A stretch of DNA of 64,000 nt from contig CAXXHG010000001.1 in the NCBI GenBank assembly GCA_963666315.2, positions 1 to 64,000 on the forward strand, written 5' to 3'. This DNA comes from Candidatus Binatia bacterium. GTDB taxonomy: Bacteria > Desulfobacterota > Binatia > Bin18. Within the stretch, counting starts at the first letter, position 1. Each line of letters begins with the position of its first letter. The translations under genes were made by a program, and so were the position numbers. The notes under the pieces are model-generated. The model was not told where the DNA came from. It saw only the letters and a list, made by a program, of their open reading frames with translations, and searched no databases. Shown one piece after another: positions 30,336-40,411 of this stretch.

Positions 30336-31037
30336 ATGAGTAAGCCGGTATGTGTCATCATTGGAGTAGGACCGGGAAACGGGGCATCCTTTGCGCGGAA
30401 GTTTGCAGCCGAAGGATATGAAGTGGCCTTGTGTGCGCGCAACGAGGCGTATCTGAACGAACTGGCGGCCGACATTGCTGGGACACATGTATATCCGTAT
30501 GATGTGTGTGCTACGGATGCTGCGACTGGCGTTTTTGATCGCATTCGCCAAGATCTCGGTCCGGTAGCGGTACTCGCTTATAACGCGGGGACCGGCGATT
30601 TTATTAATATCGATAAGACTACTGTTGAGGGCCTCCAGCTGGCGTGGGAAGTCAATACGCGGGGTTTGTTTGTCGCTACGCAGCAAGTCCTGCCCGATAT
30701 GCGTAAGGCCGGCGGAGGCAATATTGTTGTGAGTGGTGCGACTGCTTCTCTGCGTGGTGGGGCCAATGCGGCTCCGTTTGCCTCAGCCAAGGCCGCGCAG
30801 CGGAGTCTGACTCAATCCATGGCGCGCCATCTTGGACCGGAAAAGATTCATGTGTCATACGTAATTATTGACGGAGTGATTGATATCCCGTACATCCGCG
30901 AAATGATTCCGGACCAACCGGCCGAATTTTTTCTGCCCCCGGATGCAATTGCTGACGCGGTATTCTATCTGATTCAACAGCCGCAAGGCGCGTGGACGTT
31001 TGAGTTGGATGTGCGGCCCTTCGGGGAGAAGTGGTAA
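30336..31037 (+). CDS. SDR family NAD(P)-dependent oxidoreductase
   Basis: GVGPGNG, YNAG, GATASLRG, FASAK and ELDVRPFGEKW. Confidence 0.92.
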   Translation: MSKPVCVIIGVGPGNGASFARKFAAEGYEVALCARNEAYLNELAADIAGTHVYPYDVCATDAATGVFDRIRQDLGPVAVLAYNAGTGDFINIDKTTVEGLQLAWEVNTRGLFVATQQVLPDMRKAGGGNIVVSGATASLRGGANAAPFASAKAAQRSLTQSMARHLGPEKIHVSYVIIDGVIDIPYIREMIPDQPAEFFLPPDAIADAVFYLIQQPQGAWTFELDVRPFGEKW

Positions 31038-31068
31038 AAAAAACCTAACACCGCATAAGGAGGACACC

Positions 31069-31497
31069 ATGGCAGCAGATACGCAGAGTTTAGAAGCCGC
31101 CTTTCATGTCTGGAAAGACGGTCTCAACACCGGTGACTTGGATGCCTTTTGGCAGGCGTTTGATGCAGAGGCGGAAATTCTTGACGAAGACTTTCCGTGG
31201 CGGATGGATCTGGACGACTTTAAGGATCACATTGATTTTCATGCGGGCGGGGAGGGCAGGAAGGGGATGTGGGAGTCTTTTGAATGGCGTCCACGTGAAA
31301 TGCATTTTAAGGTATTCGGCGATACCGGACATGTGAGCGGTTTCTCAACGTTCCGAGGCAAACCGCGTGACGCGGGTTTCCGTCAGCGGTTTATGGGCTT
31401 TACCACCACCTGGACCTATCGCGACGGAGTCTGGAAATTAATCTGCTGGCATCAAAGCCCGTTGATCGGGAGAATTCTTGAGGCTTCACCGAGCTAA
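31069..31497 (+). CDS. NTF2/SnoaL-like (DUF4440) protein
   Basis: GDLDAF, VFGDTGHV and WKLICWHQS. RBS AAGGAGG. Confidence 0.8.
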   Translation: MAADTQSLEAAFHVWKDGLNTGDLDAFWQAFDAEAEILDEDFPWRMDLDDFKDHIDFHAGGEGRKGMWESFEWRPREMHFKVFGDTGHVSGFSTFRGKPRDAGFRQRFMGFTTTWTYRDGVWKLICWHQSPLIGRILEASPS

Positions 31498-31527
31498 AAT
31501 ACACTGTGGTTGGCGTGCGTTTCCTGT

Positions 31528-31555
31528 GTAGGGGCGATCCCACATGATCGCCCTC
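31528..31555. repeat. GTAG-family REP-like palindrome
   Basis: GTAGGGGCGATCCCACATGATCGCCCTC hairpin. Confidence 0.7.
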
Positions 31556-31645
31556 AAGGCTCTCAGCAGACAGCTGTTTGCATAGCGTTTTTTCAGATAC
31601 GATGCACCTCGGTCTGGCATGTCAGGTTCCAAAAAGGAGAAGGCT

Positions 31646-32716
31646 ATGTCTGCAGTCCAAGCCGATAACACGCCTACGACTGGTCCCGAACTCGTGGCGC
31701 GTACGCGTGCACTCATGCCCATACGGGCAGAAAACGCACTACAGGCGGAAAAACAACGCAAGCCAGTTGACGCGGTCATTAAAGCGCTGGAAGAAGCCGA
31801 AATTTATAAGCTCATGGTCCCCAAATGTTACGGCGGGCTTGAGCTTGATCTGGACACTTTTTCGACGTCGGGGTGGCGCTCGGCGAAGGGGATGCCTCCA
31901 CCGCCTGGGTGTCAAATTTCTATGTCGAGCATAACTGGATTTTGAGCCAGTTTCCCGAGGCATTCCAGAAGGAGTTGTTTGCCGATCGGTCCTATATCCT
32001 GGCGCCGGCTATGGTTGCCTTGGCGGGCACAGCGGTTCCGGAAGGCGACGGCTATCGCATCACCGGACGCTGGCAATAGGCCTTCGGCATTATGCACGCG
32101 CAATGGGTGATCCCCGCCGCCCTTGAAATGACAGCAGAGGGGAAACCGAATCCGCGCTGGTTTGCGCTGCCTGTGTCTGAGGTGAAAGTCGAAGACACCT
32201 GGTATGTCGACGGCATGTCCGGCACGGGCAGTAATGACGTTGTTATCGAAGACGTGTTTATTCCAGCCGAGCGGAGCGTCTCGATCATAGAGATGGGTAG
32301 TGGCCACGCCCCTGGCTCACGGCTACACGACGGTCCTCTGTACCGCACGCCGATGATGCCGATTCTGACACTTGCCGCGGCTATGCCCGCCTTCGGCCAA
32401 GCCAAGACCGTTGTCCGGCTATTTCGTGAACGGCTGACTCAGCGGATACTCCTAGAAACGCAAAACAAGCAGGCAGACCGACCGGCCGCACAGATGCGGC
32501 TTGCCCGTGCGGAGATAGAGGTTGGGGAAGTAGAATTGCTCGTGCGCAATACGGTTGAAGATGTATGTACCCGGCGCAACACGGGGACATTGGAAGATCG
32601 AGCCCGCTGGGCAACCCAACTGGCCCTGGCTGTAGACCGATGTAAACGGATCATTCAAAGCGTGTACGAGGCGAGCGGCGCGCACTCCCACTTTTTGGAC
32701 AGCCCGTTTCAGCGTG
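31646..32716 (+). pseudogene. Acyl-CoA dehydrogenase-fold flavin hydroxylase (HsaA-like), disrupted
   Basis: VPKCYGGLE, DASTAWV, ITGRWQ*AFG and DTWYVDGMSGTGSND. Frameshift at T5 31858-31862, TAG at 32077-32079, and truncation after SPFQRA. Confidence 0.88.
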
Positions 32717-33274
32717 CCTGTGCGTGTGGTGCTGGGTGGACTCTTTCCTGGTACGTCGCGTCTCATGAACGAGCAAACGAAGAATGAAATCCGTGAACAC
32801 TGGGGGCATGTAAACGAATTATCAGGTCAGCCCTTTAACTACGATTTCTTTGATCGCACAGCCTTTACTTACGATACTGAACCGGCTTGTCGAGCAGTCG
32901 TGACCGTACGACGGTTGCAGCTCACTACTACGCTCCCCATGCTCGAGCACTTGCCCCGCAGCTTCTATACCCAGAACCTCGATATTACTCAGACCGAAAC
33001 TTTGAGTGAGGTTGCGAGCGAAGTTGGCCTAGACCCTGAGGCGTTTGGCGCAGCCTTTGACTCTCAGGACATACGCGAAGAGACTCAGCGAGATTTTCAA
33101 TTCTCACGCAGGCTGGGAGTATCCGGCTTTCCGACACTTGTCGCCAGCGAAGGCGAAGCCTGCGCTGGCGTGACCGTGGGCTATCAACCTTTGGATAAAA
33201 TTATGCCGGTGCTGGATGCCTGGGTAGCCGGGCGTGCGCGTCTTGCGATACCAGAGCAGAAACAAGAGGAGTAG
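32714..33274 (+). pseudogene. DsbA-family protein-disulfide isomerase, N-terminus (CxxC) missing
   Basis: VLGGL, HWGHV..SGQPF, YDTEPACRAV and LGVSGFPTL. It starts abruptly at the hydroxylase truncation point. Confidence 0.8.
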
Positions 33275-33299
33275 CGCCACAACACAGAAAGGAAACACA

Positions 33300-34400
33300 A
33301 TGCAATTGGGAGGCTCACTCATCTGCCAGAACTACTTTCGGTCACCGAGGCCAGACTACGAGATTTATGAAGAAGACCTGGCACTCACCGAGATGTACGA
33401 AGACCTCGGTTTTGACATGGTCTGGTCGGTTGAACATCACTTCACCGACTACGAATTGATACCTGATCCGCTCCAGATGCTGAGTTATGTGTGTGGCCGG
33501 ACGAAGAAGATCGGGCTCGGGACATTTGTCATCGTCCATTCGTGGCACGATCCAGTTCGGGTCGCCGAGCAGATCGCCATGTTGGATAACTTTTCGCGCG
33601 GACGCGAACTGCTGCTCGGTTTTGGGCGTGGCGTAGGCCAGGTTGAGTACGACGGCTTTCGGGTTTCGATGAGTGAAGCGCGTGAGCGCTTGGTCGAGAG
33701 CATTGAAGTAGTGAAACTTGGCCTGGGACAAGAACGTTTTTCTTTCGATGGCAATTATTTCAAGATCCCGGAAATGAGTATCCGCCCTCGTCCCGTGACT
33801 CCGGATCTGACCGACCGGATGTACGGTGCGATTATTAGTCCTGAGACCGGAGACATCATGGCCAAAGCGGGCTTGGGGATGCTGATCATTCCGCGAAAGA
33901 GCTGGGCGGAGCACATGAAGGACCATGAAGCCTACCAAGCGTCATGCGCTAAATTCGGCACGTCGGCGCGGCGACCGATTATCACGGCTTGGATCTATTG
34001 CTCTCAAGATGAGACGGCCGAGGCAGACGGCCGAAAGTGGATCGTGGATTATGCTGACACGGCAATGAGCCATTACGGCTTCGACGAACCCGAGCACTTG
34101 CGAGCCGCCAAAGGTTATGAGGTCTATGCGCAGTTGGCCGAAGCGAGTCAGAAGACTGCGAACGCGTTTCAGGAAGAGTTTGCGAAAACACAGATCTTTG
34201 GTACGCCGGAGCAGTGTATTGCGGCCATTCGCGAGCTACGGCAATGTGTGAATCCGGATCAGTTTGTTGGCGTTTTCAAATACGGCAGCATGCCGAATGA
34301 GGTGGCCGTGCGCAGCACGCAGTTGTTTGCATCAGAAGTCATGCCGGTGATTCGGGCTGATGATGAGCAGGTTCAGGACCAACCTGCGGCTGCACTTTGA
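33300..34400 (+). CDS. LLM-class flavin-dependent oxidoreductase
   Basis: VWSVEHHF, WHDPVRVAEQIAMLD, LGFGRG and SIRPRP. Confidence 0.92.
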   Translation: MQLGGSLICQNYFRSPRPDYEIYEEDLALTEMYEDLGFDMVWSVEHHFTDYELIPDPLQMLSYVCGRTKKIGLGTFVIVHSWHDPVRVAEQIAMLDNFSRGRELLLGFGRGVGQVEYDGFRVSMSEARERLVESIEVVKLGLGQERFSFDGNYFKIPEMSIRPRPVTPDLTDRMYGAIISPETGDIMAKAGLGMLIIPRKSWAEHMKDHEAYQASCAKFGTSARRPIITAWIYCSQDETAEADGRKWIVDYADTAMSHYGFDEPEHLRAAKGYEVYAQLAEASQKTANAFQEEFAKTQIFGTPEQCIAAIRELRQCVNPDQFVGVFKYGSMPNEVAVRSTQLFASEVMPVIRADDEQVQDQPAAAL

Positions 34401-34424
34401 TTCGTATCTGTAGCCAGATTGAAG

Positions 34425-34450
34425 AGGGGCCGTTCACAGACGGCCCCTTT
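34425..34450. terminator. Probable intrinsic terminator between convergent genes
   Basis: AGGGGCCGT-TCACAG-ACGGCCCCT hairpin followed by TT. Confidence 0.65.
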
Positions 34451-34466
34451 CATCCATCCAATCCCC

Positions 34467-35588
34467 TCAAATCCCATAAAACGCGGCGGCATTTGCCCCC
34501 AAGATCCTGTCAACTGAATGGGTCGGCAACGCGGAGAGCAGATCGCGCATTGTCTGTACGGGGTTCCTAAAGCCCTCAGCGTGCGGATAGTCTGAGCCGA
34601 CAAAGAATTTCTCATCCCCCACAAACGGGACGATATACGGCAGCAGCTTCTCACTCGGATCAGCATTGATCCAAATATTCCGTGCAAGATACTCTCGAAT
34701 CGGCCGCTTCATCTGCGAGGTGTGACGCATGTATTGGTAGCGGTAATCAAAGCGCTCGATCCACTCTCCGACCCAACTCCCCATCGCCTCGACTGTCGCT
34801 GCGCGTAGCGCGGGAAACCGCTCAAACACCCCGTCGTACACCATGGTAGTCAGGGACAAACGCGGGTCTTGGATCAGATTCATCGAGATAAACATGAAGC
34901 CTGGATTGCGGTGCCGATACCAAGCACTGCCCAAATATTCTTTGTTCGCAACGGGGTGAATGCTGACCGCGAGGTTGAGGTCTTCGGCGGCTGCCCACAC
35001 CGGGTTGTAGTCTACATGTCCAAAGCTTTTGCCATCTACCGGAGCGGAGCCGACCATGACCGCCCGGGCGCCTAACTTTTTTACCCGGTGTATTTCTTGG
35101 GCTGCCAGGGCCGGGTCGCGCAGGGAGATATGGGCCACGGGCAGGAGACGGTCGAGATGTCCTGCAGTCATCTCAAAAGCCCAGGTGTTGTACGCTTGAC
35201 AATGCGCCGCCGCGAGCTGAGGGTCGTGGAGCTCTCCTTCCCACAAGAGTCCGAGCGTGGGGTAGAGCACTTGAAAATCAATTCCCTCCGCATCTAAAAA
35301 CTGCAGCCGCTTGTCCATATTCTGCCAATCCCCGCCCGTATACAGAGACTGATCGAACTCGTTGAGCGCGTGTCCGTCTTCTTTTTGGCCGTAGCCGACA
35401 ACGGCGCTGAGCATCTCATCGATTTCGCTGCCTAGTCGTATGGGTTTGCCATCCACTACCATCTGCCGCTTACCGCTGGACGGGTCTTTCTCCATATGCA
35501 TGGCGCGCTCCCGGTAAGCCGGCTCAATATAGTGCAGATACAAATCAAGCGGTTCAATAAAATGACTGTCGCCGTCGACGATTTTCAT
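34467..35588 (-). CDS. Amidohydrolase_2 family protein
   Basis: DGDSH, QVLYPT, AYNTW, IHP and GSDYPHAEG. Confidence 0.92.
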   Translation of the reverse strand: MKIVDGDSHFIEPLDLYLHYIEPAYRERAMHMEKDPSSGKRQMVVDGKPIRLGSEIDEMLSAVVGYGQKEDGHALNEFDQSLYTGGDWQNMDKRLQFLDAEGIDFQVLYPTLGLLWEGELHDPQLAAAHCQAYNTWAFEMTAGHLDRLLPVAHISLRDPALAAQEIHRVKKLGARAVMVGSAPVDGKSFGHVDYNPVWAAAEDLNLAVSIHPVANKEYLGSAWYRHRNPGFMFISMNLIQDPRLSLTTMVYDGVFERFPALRAATVEAMGSWVGEWIERFDYRYQYMRHTSQMKRPIREYLARNIWINADPSEKLLPYIVPFVGDEKFFVGSDYPHAEGFRNPVQTMRDLLSALPTHSVDRILGANAAAFYGI

Positions 35589-35601
35589 ACGGTGCTCCTT
35601 A

Positions 35602-36771
35602 TTAATTGTGAAACTCAGGAATAATCTTCGTTCCAAAGAGCTCCAGCTGCTCTTTTATCGCGTCGCGTGGCAGGTAGCCTTGATCGGACAGAATCATGAA
35701 CCAGTCCGGGTTTAGTTTTTCTTGGACGGTTTCCATCTGTCGCCGGATGTCATCGACTGTGCCAACAAAGGCGATGCCGGCCTCGATCATCGGCTCGATG
35801 GTCGTGGGGATTTCTGGAGAAAACTTCGCGTGGAACTGGCTGAAGAGAAAAATCGACCCGTCACGTGCGCGTCGCAAGGCTTCCTCGCGCGTCTTGCCGA
35901 TATACACCAGCCTGGCCAAGCCGACCCCCTGGCCGCGCTGTAGATTACGTCCAGCTTCGTTTGCCGCTTCGGCGTAGAACGAAGCACCGTTAACCGCGAG
36001 ATCGGGGAAAGGCAGGAACATCATTGGCACAATGCCTTCGCGTGCCGCCCAGCGTATGGTTGCTTCATTCGTGGTGAGGGCTTGGAACAAGGGCGGATGC
36101 GGTTTCTGATACGGTTTGGGGACTGGTGAGATCTTTCGTAGCCAACCGGTGTCATCGACTTCACCGGGGGCACCATAGCGCCGTGTGGCTTCATGCGCTG
36201 CCCACGCATGTCCTTCAGCCGGGAAGGGTGCTTGGTAGTATTTGCCTTTGAAAGAGAAGGGTTCGTCTTTCCAAGAGAGCTTCATTACCTCAAAAAGTTC
36301 CTGGAAGACCTCACGGTTGTGGAGTTCGGCTTCGGGACCCGAAGTGCCAGGCTCGACGCCGTATTTTTGTCCCAAGACATTCACCCAGCGCGGGAAAAAC
36401 CCACGTGCCAGGCCGACAAAGACGCGGCCCTTCGACATATGGTCTGCCCAGGCAATATCCTCAGCGAGCCGAATCGGGTCCCAGGTTGGGAGGACGAATC
36501 CGACTGGTCCGACTTGAATACGTTTGGTGTGATATAGCAGGTTGAGCAGGTGGGGAATTGGAGTGGCGCCGGCTTCCATCCCCTCGGTATAGAAATGGTG
36601 CTCAGAATAGCTCAGTGCGTCGAAATTCATTTCTTCGGCCAACTGGGCGATATCGACCATCTCTTCGAGCATTTCCTGGATTTTATCCGTGCGGTGGGCA
36701 ATAGGCGCCAGTCGTTCTCGTTCCTCTGGGGTGGCGGGCACAACCGGGGTTTGATGCAGCATGAATTTCAT
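35602..36771 (-). CDS. LLM-class flavin-dependent oxidoreductase
   Basis: SEHHFYTEG, WDPIRLAED, GLARG and PKPYQKPHPP. Confidence 0.92.
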   Translation of the reverse strand: MKFMLHQTPVVPATPEERERLAPIAHRTDKIQEMLEEMVDIAQLAEEMNFDALSYSEHHFYTEGMEAGATPIPHLLNLLYHTKRIQVGPVGFVLPTWDPIRLAEDIAWADHMSKGRVFVGLARGFFPRWVNVLGQKYGVEPGTSGPEAELHNREVFQELFEVMKLSWKDEPFSFKGKYYQAPFPAEGHAWAAHEATRRYGAPGEVDDTGWLRKISPVPKPYQKPHPPLFQALTTNEATIRWAAREGIVPMMFLPFPDLAVNGASFYAEAANEAGRNLQRGQGVGLARLVYIGKTREEALRRARDGSIFLFSQFHAKFSPEIPTTIEPMIEAGIAFVGTVDDIRRQMETVQEKLNPDWFMILSDQGYLPRDAIKEQLELFGTKIIPEFHN

Positions 36772-36816
36772 AACGACCCTCCTTATAGGGGCTGACTGTA
36801 CCAAGCGTGTCTTATG

Positions 36817-37908
36817 CTACACAAGATATTTCGCTACTGCGTGCTCATCCCATGCGAGGCCTGTCCCCGGTGTGGAGGAGGGCAGAATCTTGCCATCTTC
36901 AATAACAGTCGGTTCTTGGAGAATGAGATCCGCCCAGTCCATATACTCCAGCCAATGCCGCGTTGGCGTTACTGCGAGCAAGTGAGCGCTGATTTCTGGG
37001 TAGAGATGGGAGGAGATAGGAATGCCGCTGGGCCCAGCCAAGGCAATCGCTCGCAGCCAGCCTGAGACGCCGCCGATTTTATTTGCATCCGGCATGAGGA
37101 AGTCCCCAGCCCCGGCAGCGATTGCCTTGGCCATGTCATGCGGTCCCCAAAAGTTCTCTCCAAGCTGAATGGGCGTTTGAGTGGATTGGCGAATGAGGGC
37201 ATAGCCTGCGTAATCGTCCGCGCGGGTGGGCTCTTCGATCCAACACAGCCCCTCACCGTCAAGTGCTTGGGCCCTTTGCATGGCCTCAGGAACGGACAAA
37301 GACTGATTGTAGTCCGACATCAAGGCGATGTTATCGGGAATTGCGTTGCGGACTGCGCGCACCACCTCAACATCTGTTTTTACATCCGGATAGCCCAGTC
37401 TGACTTTGATGGCTTTGAAGCCTGGCTCAACAAGCGCTCTCGCTTCATCGCCGGCTCGTTCGGCACCGATAATTCCCAAACCCGTACTGTTGTAAGCCGG
37501 AATCGGTTGGGCTTTTCCTCCAAGCAGCTGAACCAAAGGAAGTCCAGCTGCTTTTGCGCATGCATCCCAGGCCGCGCTATCGATACCGGCGGCTGCCATG
37601 GCAGTAAAACCCTGTGGGCCGAGCAAACGAAAGGCTCGTTGTAATTTTTCTTCTAGGGCGAGCGGGGCAACTACTTCACCGTTGATGAGGTCGCCCAGAT
37701 TGTGCAGCAGCTTGACGAGAGGTTCAAGGACAAACGCGGCATAGCAGAAGATATAGCCACAGCCGGTAATGCCTTCCTCCGTCTCAAGATCGACCAGTAC
37801 AAGCGGGATCTTGGCGACTGATCCCCCTCCCGTTTGTATTGGTCTCGTCATGGGCAGGCTGAGCGCACGGGCATGTAAGGAGCGGACTGTGAGGGCATGG
37901 TTGGGCAT
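36817..37908 (-). CDS. Mandelate racemase subgroup enolase-superfamily enzyme
   Basis: DYNQ, IEEP and LGEN metal ligands, plus MPDA, SSHL and WLEY. Confidence 0.9.
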   Translation of the reverse strand: MPNHALTVRSLHARALSLPMTRPIQTGGGSVAKIPLVLVDLETEEGITGCGYIFCYAAFVLEPLVKLLHNLGDLINGEVVAPLALEEKLQRAFRLLGPQGFTAMAAAGIDSAAWDACAKAAGLPLVQLLGGKAQPIPAYNSTGLGIIGAERAGDEARALVEPGFKAIKVRLGYPDVKTDVEVVRAVRNAIPDNIALMSDYNQSLSVPEAMQRAQALDGEGLCWIEEPTRADDYAGYALIRQSTQTPIQLGENFWGPHDMAKAIAAGAGDFLMPDANKIGGVSGWLRAIALAGPSGIPISSHLYPEISAHLLAVTPTRHWLEYMDWADLILQEPTVIEDGKILPSSTPGTGLAWDEHAVAKYLV

Positions 37909-38043
37909 AAGTTCTCCTCTCTCCCGGTGGGCATGCGAATGCAGAGTATAGCCAATTCATTGAGAGAAAGATAATGTCACAGACCTCGACAAATTCTATT
38001 TTCATGGCGTTCATCTCTGACGTTCTGATAAAGGGGATCCTAG

Positions 38044-39240
38044 ATGCAGCACAGCGCTGACCGTATTCTCACTACCTACGTGGGCAGTCTGCCGCGCAGT
38101 GAAAAACTTCTGCAAATGCTGACGGATAAAGAGGCCGGCAACAACGTTGACGAAGGCGCGTTTGAGGCGCAGGTTGAACGCGATCTCGACTTCGTGCTCC
38201 GAAAACAACACGAAGTAGGCGTGGACATTCTGTGTGACGGGGAACTGCCCCGGTTTGGATTCTCTTTTTATGTTAAAGACCGCATGTCGGGCTTCGGCGG
38301 CCACTCGACACGTGGCACAGTCACGGATTTTGTCAAGTTTCCAGGCTACGCCAAATTGAAGCAACAACAGGCTTCGAAAGGAGACGAAATCTCCGAGAGT
38401 GCAACTTTGTATGCCATGCCCGAATGTCAAAACGCGGTGAAATACGACCCGGATAAACGCGTCGCCCGACAAGAGTTGAGCTTGTTCAAAGAAGCCCTAG
38501 AACGAACAGGGGTTGGGAGAAAGGCAACACAAACCTTTGTCACCGCAGCCACTCCAGGCATAGTCTCAACGACACTCCTACGTAACCCTGATAATCCGGA
38601 CTACTCGAATGACCGTGATTATATCATGGCGCTGGCTGAGGAGCTGCGCGGTGAATATGAACTCATTGTCGAGCACGGGCATATTCTCCAGGTTGACGGA
38701 CCGGATCTGGCCCTTGAGCGCCAGATTATGTTTGTGGATAAACCGCTGGATGCTTTCTTGAAACGGGTTGAGTTGCATATCGAGGCACTCAATGCCTCTC
38801 TGATCAATATTCCTAAAGATCGTGTGCGCTTGCACGTGTGCTGGGGAAACTGGGATGGTCCACATATCGATGATATAGATCTGGAGCCGCTGCTACCGCT
38901 TTTATATCAAGCCAATGTCGGGGGGCTGAGCATCCCCTTTGCCAACCCACGCCATCAGCATGAGGGCGAGCTTTTTATTTCGCATCCTCTACCAGATGAT
39001 ATGTTGCTTTTCCCTGGAGTGATTGATGTGACAACGAACTATCTCGAACACCCGGAGGTGGTAGCGGAACGCATTGCGCGCATTGTCGACGTGGTTGGCG
39101 ACCGAGAACGCATTATCGCGAGTACAGACTGTGGCTTCTCAACTTTTGCCGGCTATAGCATGGTTGCTGACGATGTAGTGTGGGCTAAATTGCAAGTTCT
39201 CAGCGCAGGAGCAGCCTTAGCCTCTAAACGGTTGTGGTAA
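38044..39240 (+). CDS. Cobalamin-independent methionine synthase II-like (MetE core / epoxyalkane:CoM transferase-like) protein
   Basis: VGSLPR, DGE, LQVDGPDL, HVCWGN, NPRH and DCGF. Confidence 0.88.
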   Translation: MQHSADRILTTYVGSLPRSEKLLQMLTDKEAGNNVDEGAFEAQVERDLDFVLRKQHEVGVDILCDGELPRFGFSFYVKDRMSGFGGHSTRGTVTDFVKFPGYAKLKQQQASKGDEISESATLYAMPECQNAVKYDPDKRVARQELSLFKEALERTGVGRKATQTFVTAATPGIVSTTLLRNPDNPDYSNDRDYIMALAEELRGEYELIVEHGHILQVDGPDLALERQIMFVDKPLDAFLKRVELHIEALNASLINIPKDRVRLHVCWGNWDGPHIDDIDLEPLLPLLYQANVGGLSIPFANPRHQHEGELFISHPLPDDMLLFPGVIDVTTNYLEHPEVVAERIARIVDVVGDRERIIASTDCGFSTFAGYSMVADDVVWAKLQVLSAGAALASKRLW

Positions 39241-39267
39241 TACAACGAGTTCTAAGGAGGGAAGACA

Positions 39268-39843
39268 ATGGCAGCCCGCAACATGACCAAAGAAGAACTT
39301 GCCCAGCGCGTCGCGCGTTTTGACCAACTCCAACCCATGTCTACGTCAAAAGACATGGCCGACGTGCCGCAGGAAGCTATGGATGTCATTTTTGCGCGCA
39401 AGCTCATGCCCGTTATCCTCGAGCACACCAAGAATCCCTTTGGCGAGAGCGCCGCGATCTATGGTGCGGCCGGAACCACCATGTTTGTTTCTGTTTGCCC
39501 TCCCGGACAGGGGCCGTGTCTGCATTCACATGATAAGACATATGAGACGTTCATGGTGCTCGACGGCGCGTTTGAGTTTCACCTTGGCGACGAAGGCCAA
39601 GAAACCGTCATACTCAACAAATGGGATACGTTTTCCTGCCCGCCAGGTGTGTATCGGGGTTTTCATAAGGTTGCGGATAAAGACAGCGTGTTGCCGACCG
39701 TTATCACTGGCGAAGTGGGCGCCCGCGATGACGTAGCCGTGCCACCGAAAATTACCGAAGAGCTGCGGGCTGATTTTGGGGAAGAGGTAGTTGAGAGATT
39801 TCGGAAGATTGCCACGTTTAATGAACGCGAGCAAGCAACCTGA
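39268..39843 (+). CDS. Cupin domain protein
   Basis: PGQGPCLHSHDKTYETF and PPGVYRGF. Confidence 0.85.
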   Translation: MAARNMTKEELAQRVARFDQLQPMSTSKDMADVPQEAMDVIFARKLMPVILEHTKNPFGESAAIYGAAGTTMFVSVCPPGQGPCLHSHDKTYETFMVLDGAFEFHLGDEGQETVILNKWDTFSCPPGVYRGFHKVADKDSVLPTVITGEVGARDDVAVPPKITEELRADFGEEVVERFRKIATFNEREQAT

Positions 39844-39893
39844 TTAACTAGGTTCAAAAATCGCCACTGTAGTGAAGAGGAAAGGAATGTAAT

Positions 39894-40337
39894 ATGGACG
39901 TGGAACAAAAGCAGAAACTCGCAGATCTGTATGCGCAGCAGCATGTCTCGGTATTAACTACTGCCGGCGAGGAGTGGCCGACGGCGCATCTTCAAGCGTT
40001 CGGGCAGACGGATGGCCTCGATCTCATCTTTATTGTTCTGGCGGATACGGAAAAGTATCAGAATCTGCTCAAACGGCCCCAGGTGACAGTGGCGATTGAT
40101 AATAGAGACACGGCTGATGTCTCGACACTGCAAGTCGTACGGGCAACGATTCAGGGCCTCGCCAAAGAGGTTGCTCGGGACAGTGCGGAATGGAATGAGT
40201 TGAAAGATATCTTTCTTAAAAAGAATCCGTTTGAAGAACCGTTTTTTGGTTATGACACGCTGCGCATGGTACGTGTCATAACCAAGCGAATCTCTTATGC
40301 CAACGGACTGGAGGATACGTTTAAAGCCGAGTTGTAG
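39894..40337 (+). CDS. Pyridoxamine 5'-phosphate oxidase-like (split-barrel flavin) protein
   Basis: VLTTA...P, KYQNLLKRPQVTVAID and IQGLA. Confidence 0.8.
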   Translation: MDVEQKQKLADLYAQQHVSVLTTAGEEWPTAHLQAFGQTDGLDLIFIVLADTEKYQNLLKRPQVTVAIDNRDTADVSTLQVVRATIQGLAKEVARDSAEWNELKDIFLKKNPFEEPFFGYDTLRMVRVITKRISYANGLEDTFKAEL

Positions 40338-40357
40338 GGGGTAGCTTGCATGGGTAA

Positions 40358-40403
40358 GAAACCACCCCGGTGCTAAGCGCCACCCCTCCCACGAGGGGAG
40401 TTT
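40358..40403. repeat. CCCCTCC/GAGGGG-type palindromic repeat, copy B1
   Basis: AGAAACCACCCCGGTGCTAAGCGCCACCCCTCCCACGAGGGGAGTTT, similar to 43756-43802. Confidence 0.7.
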
Positions 40404-40411
40404 CTGTAGGG

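Noticed and set aside
32077-32079. Recoded TAG (pyrrolysine or read-through) at 32077 and 62901
   Set aside because: Both genes also carry frameshifts, TAG is a normal stop elsewhere in the window, and the first replaces an expected Trp codon by a single transition.
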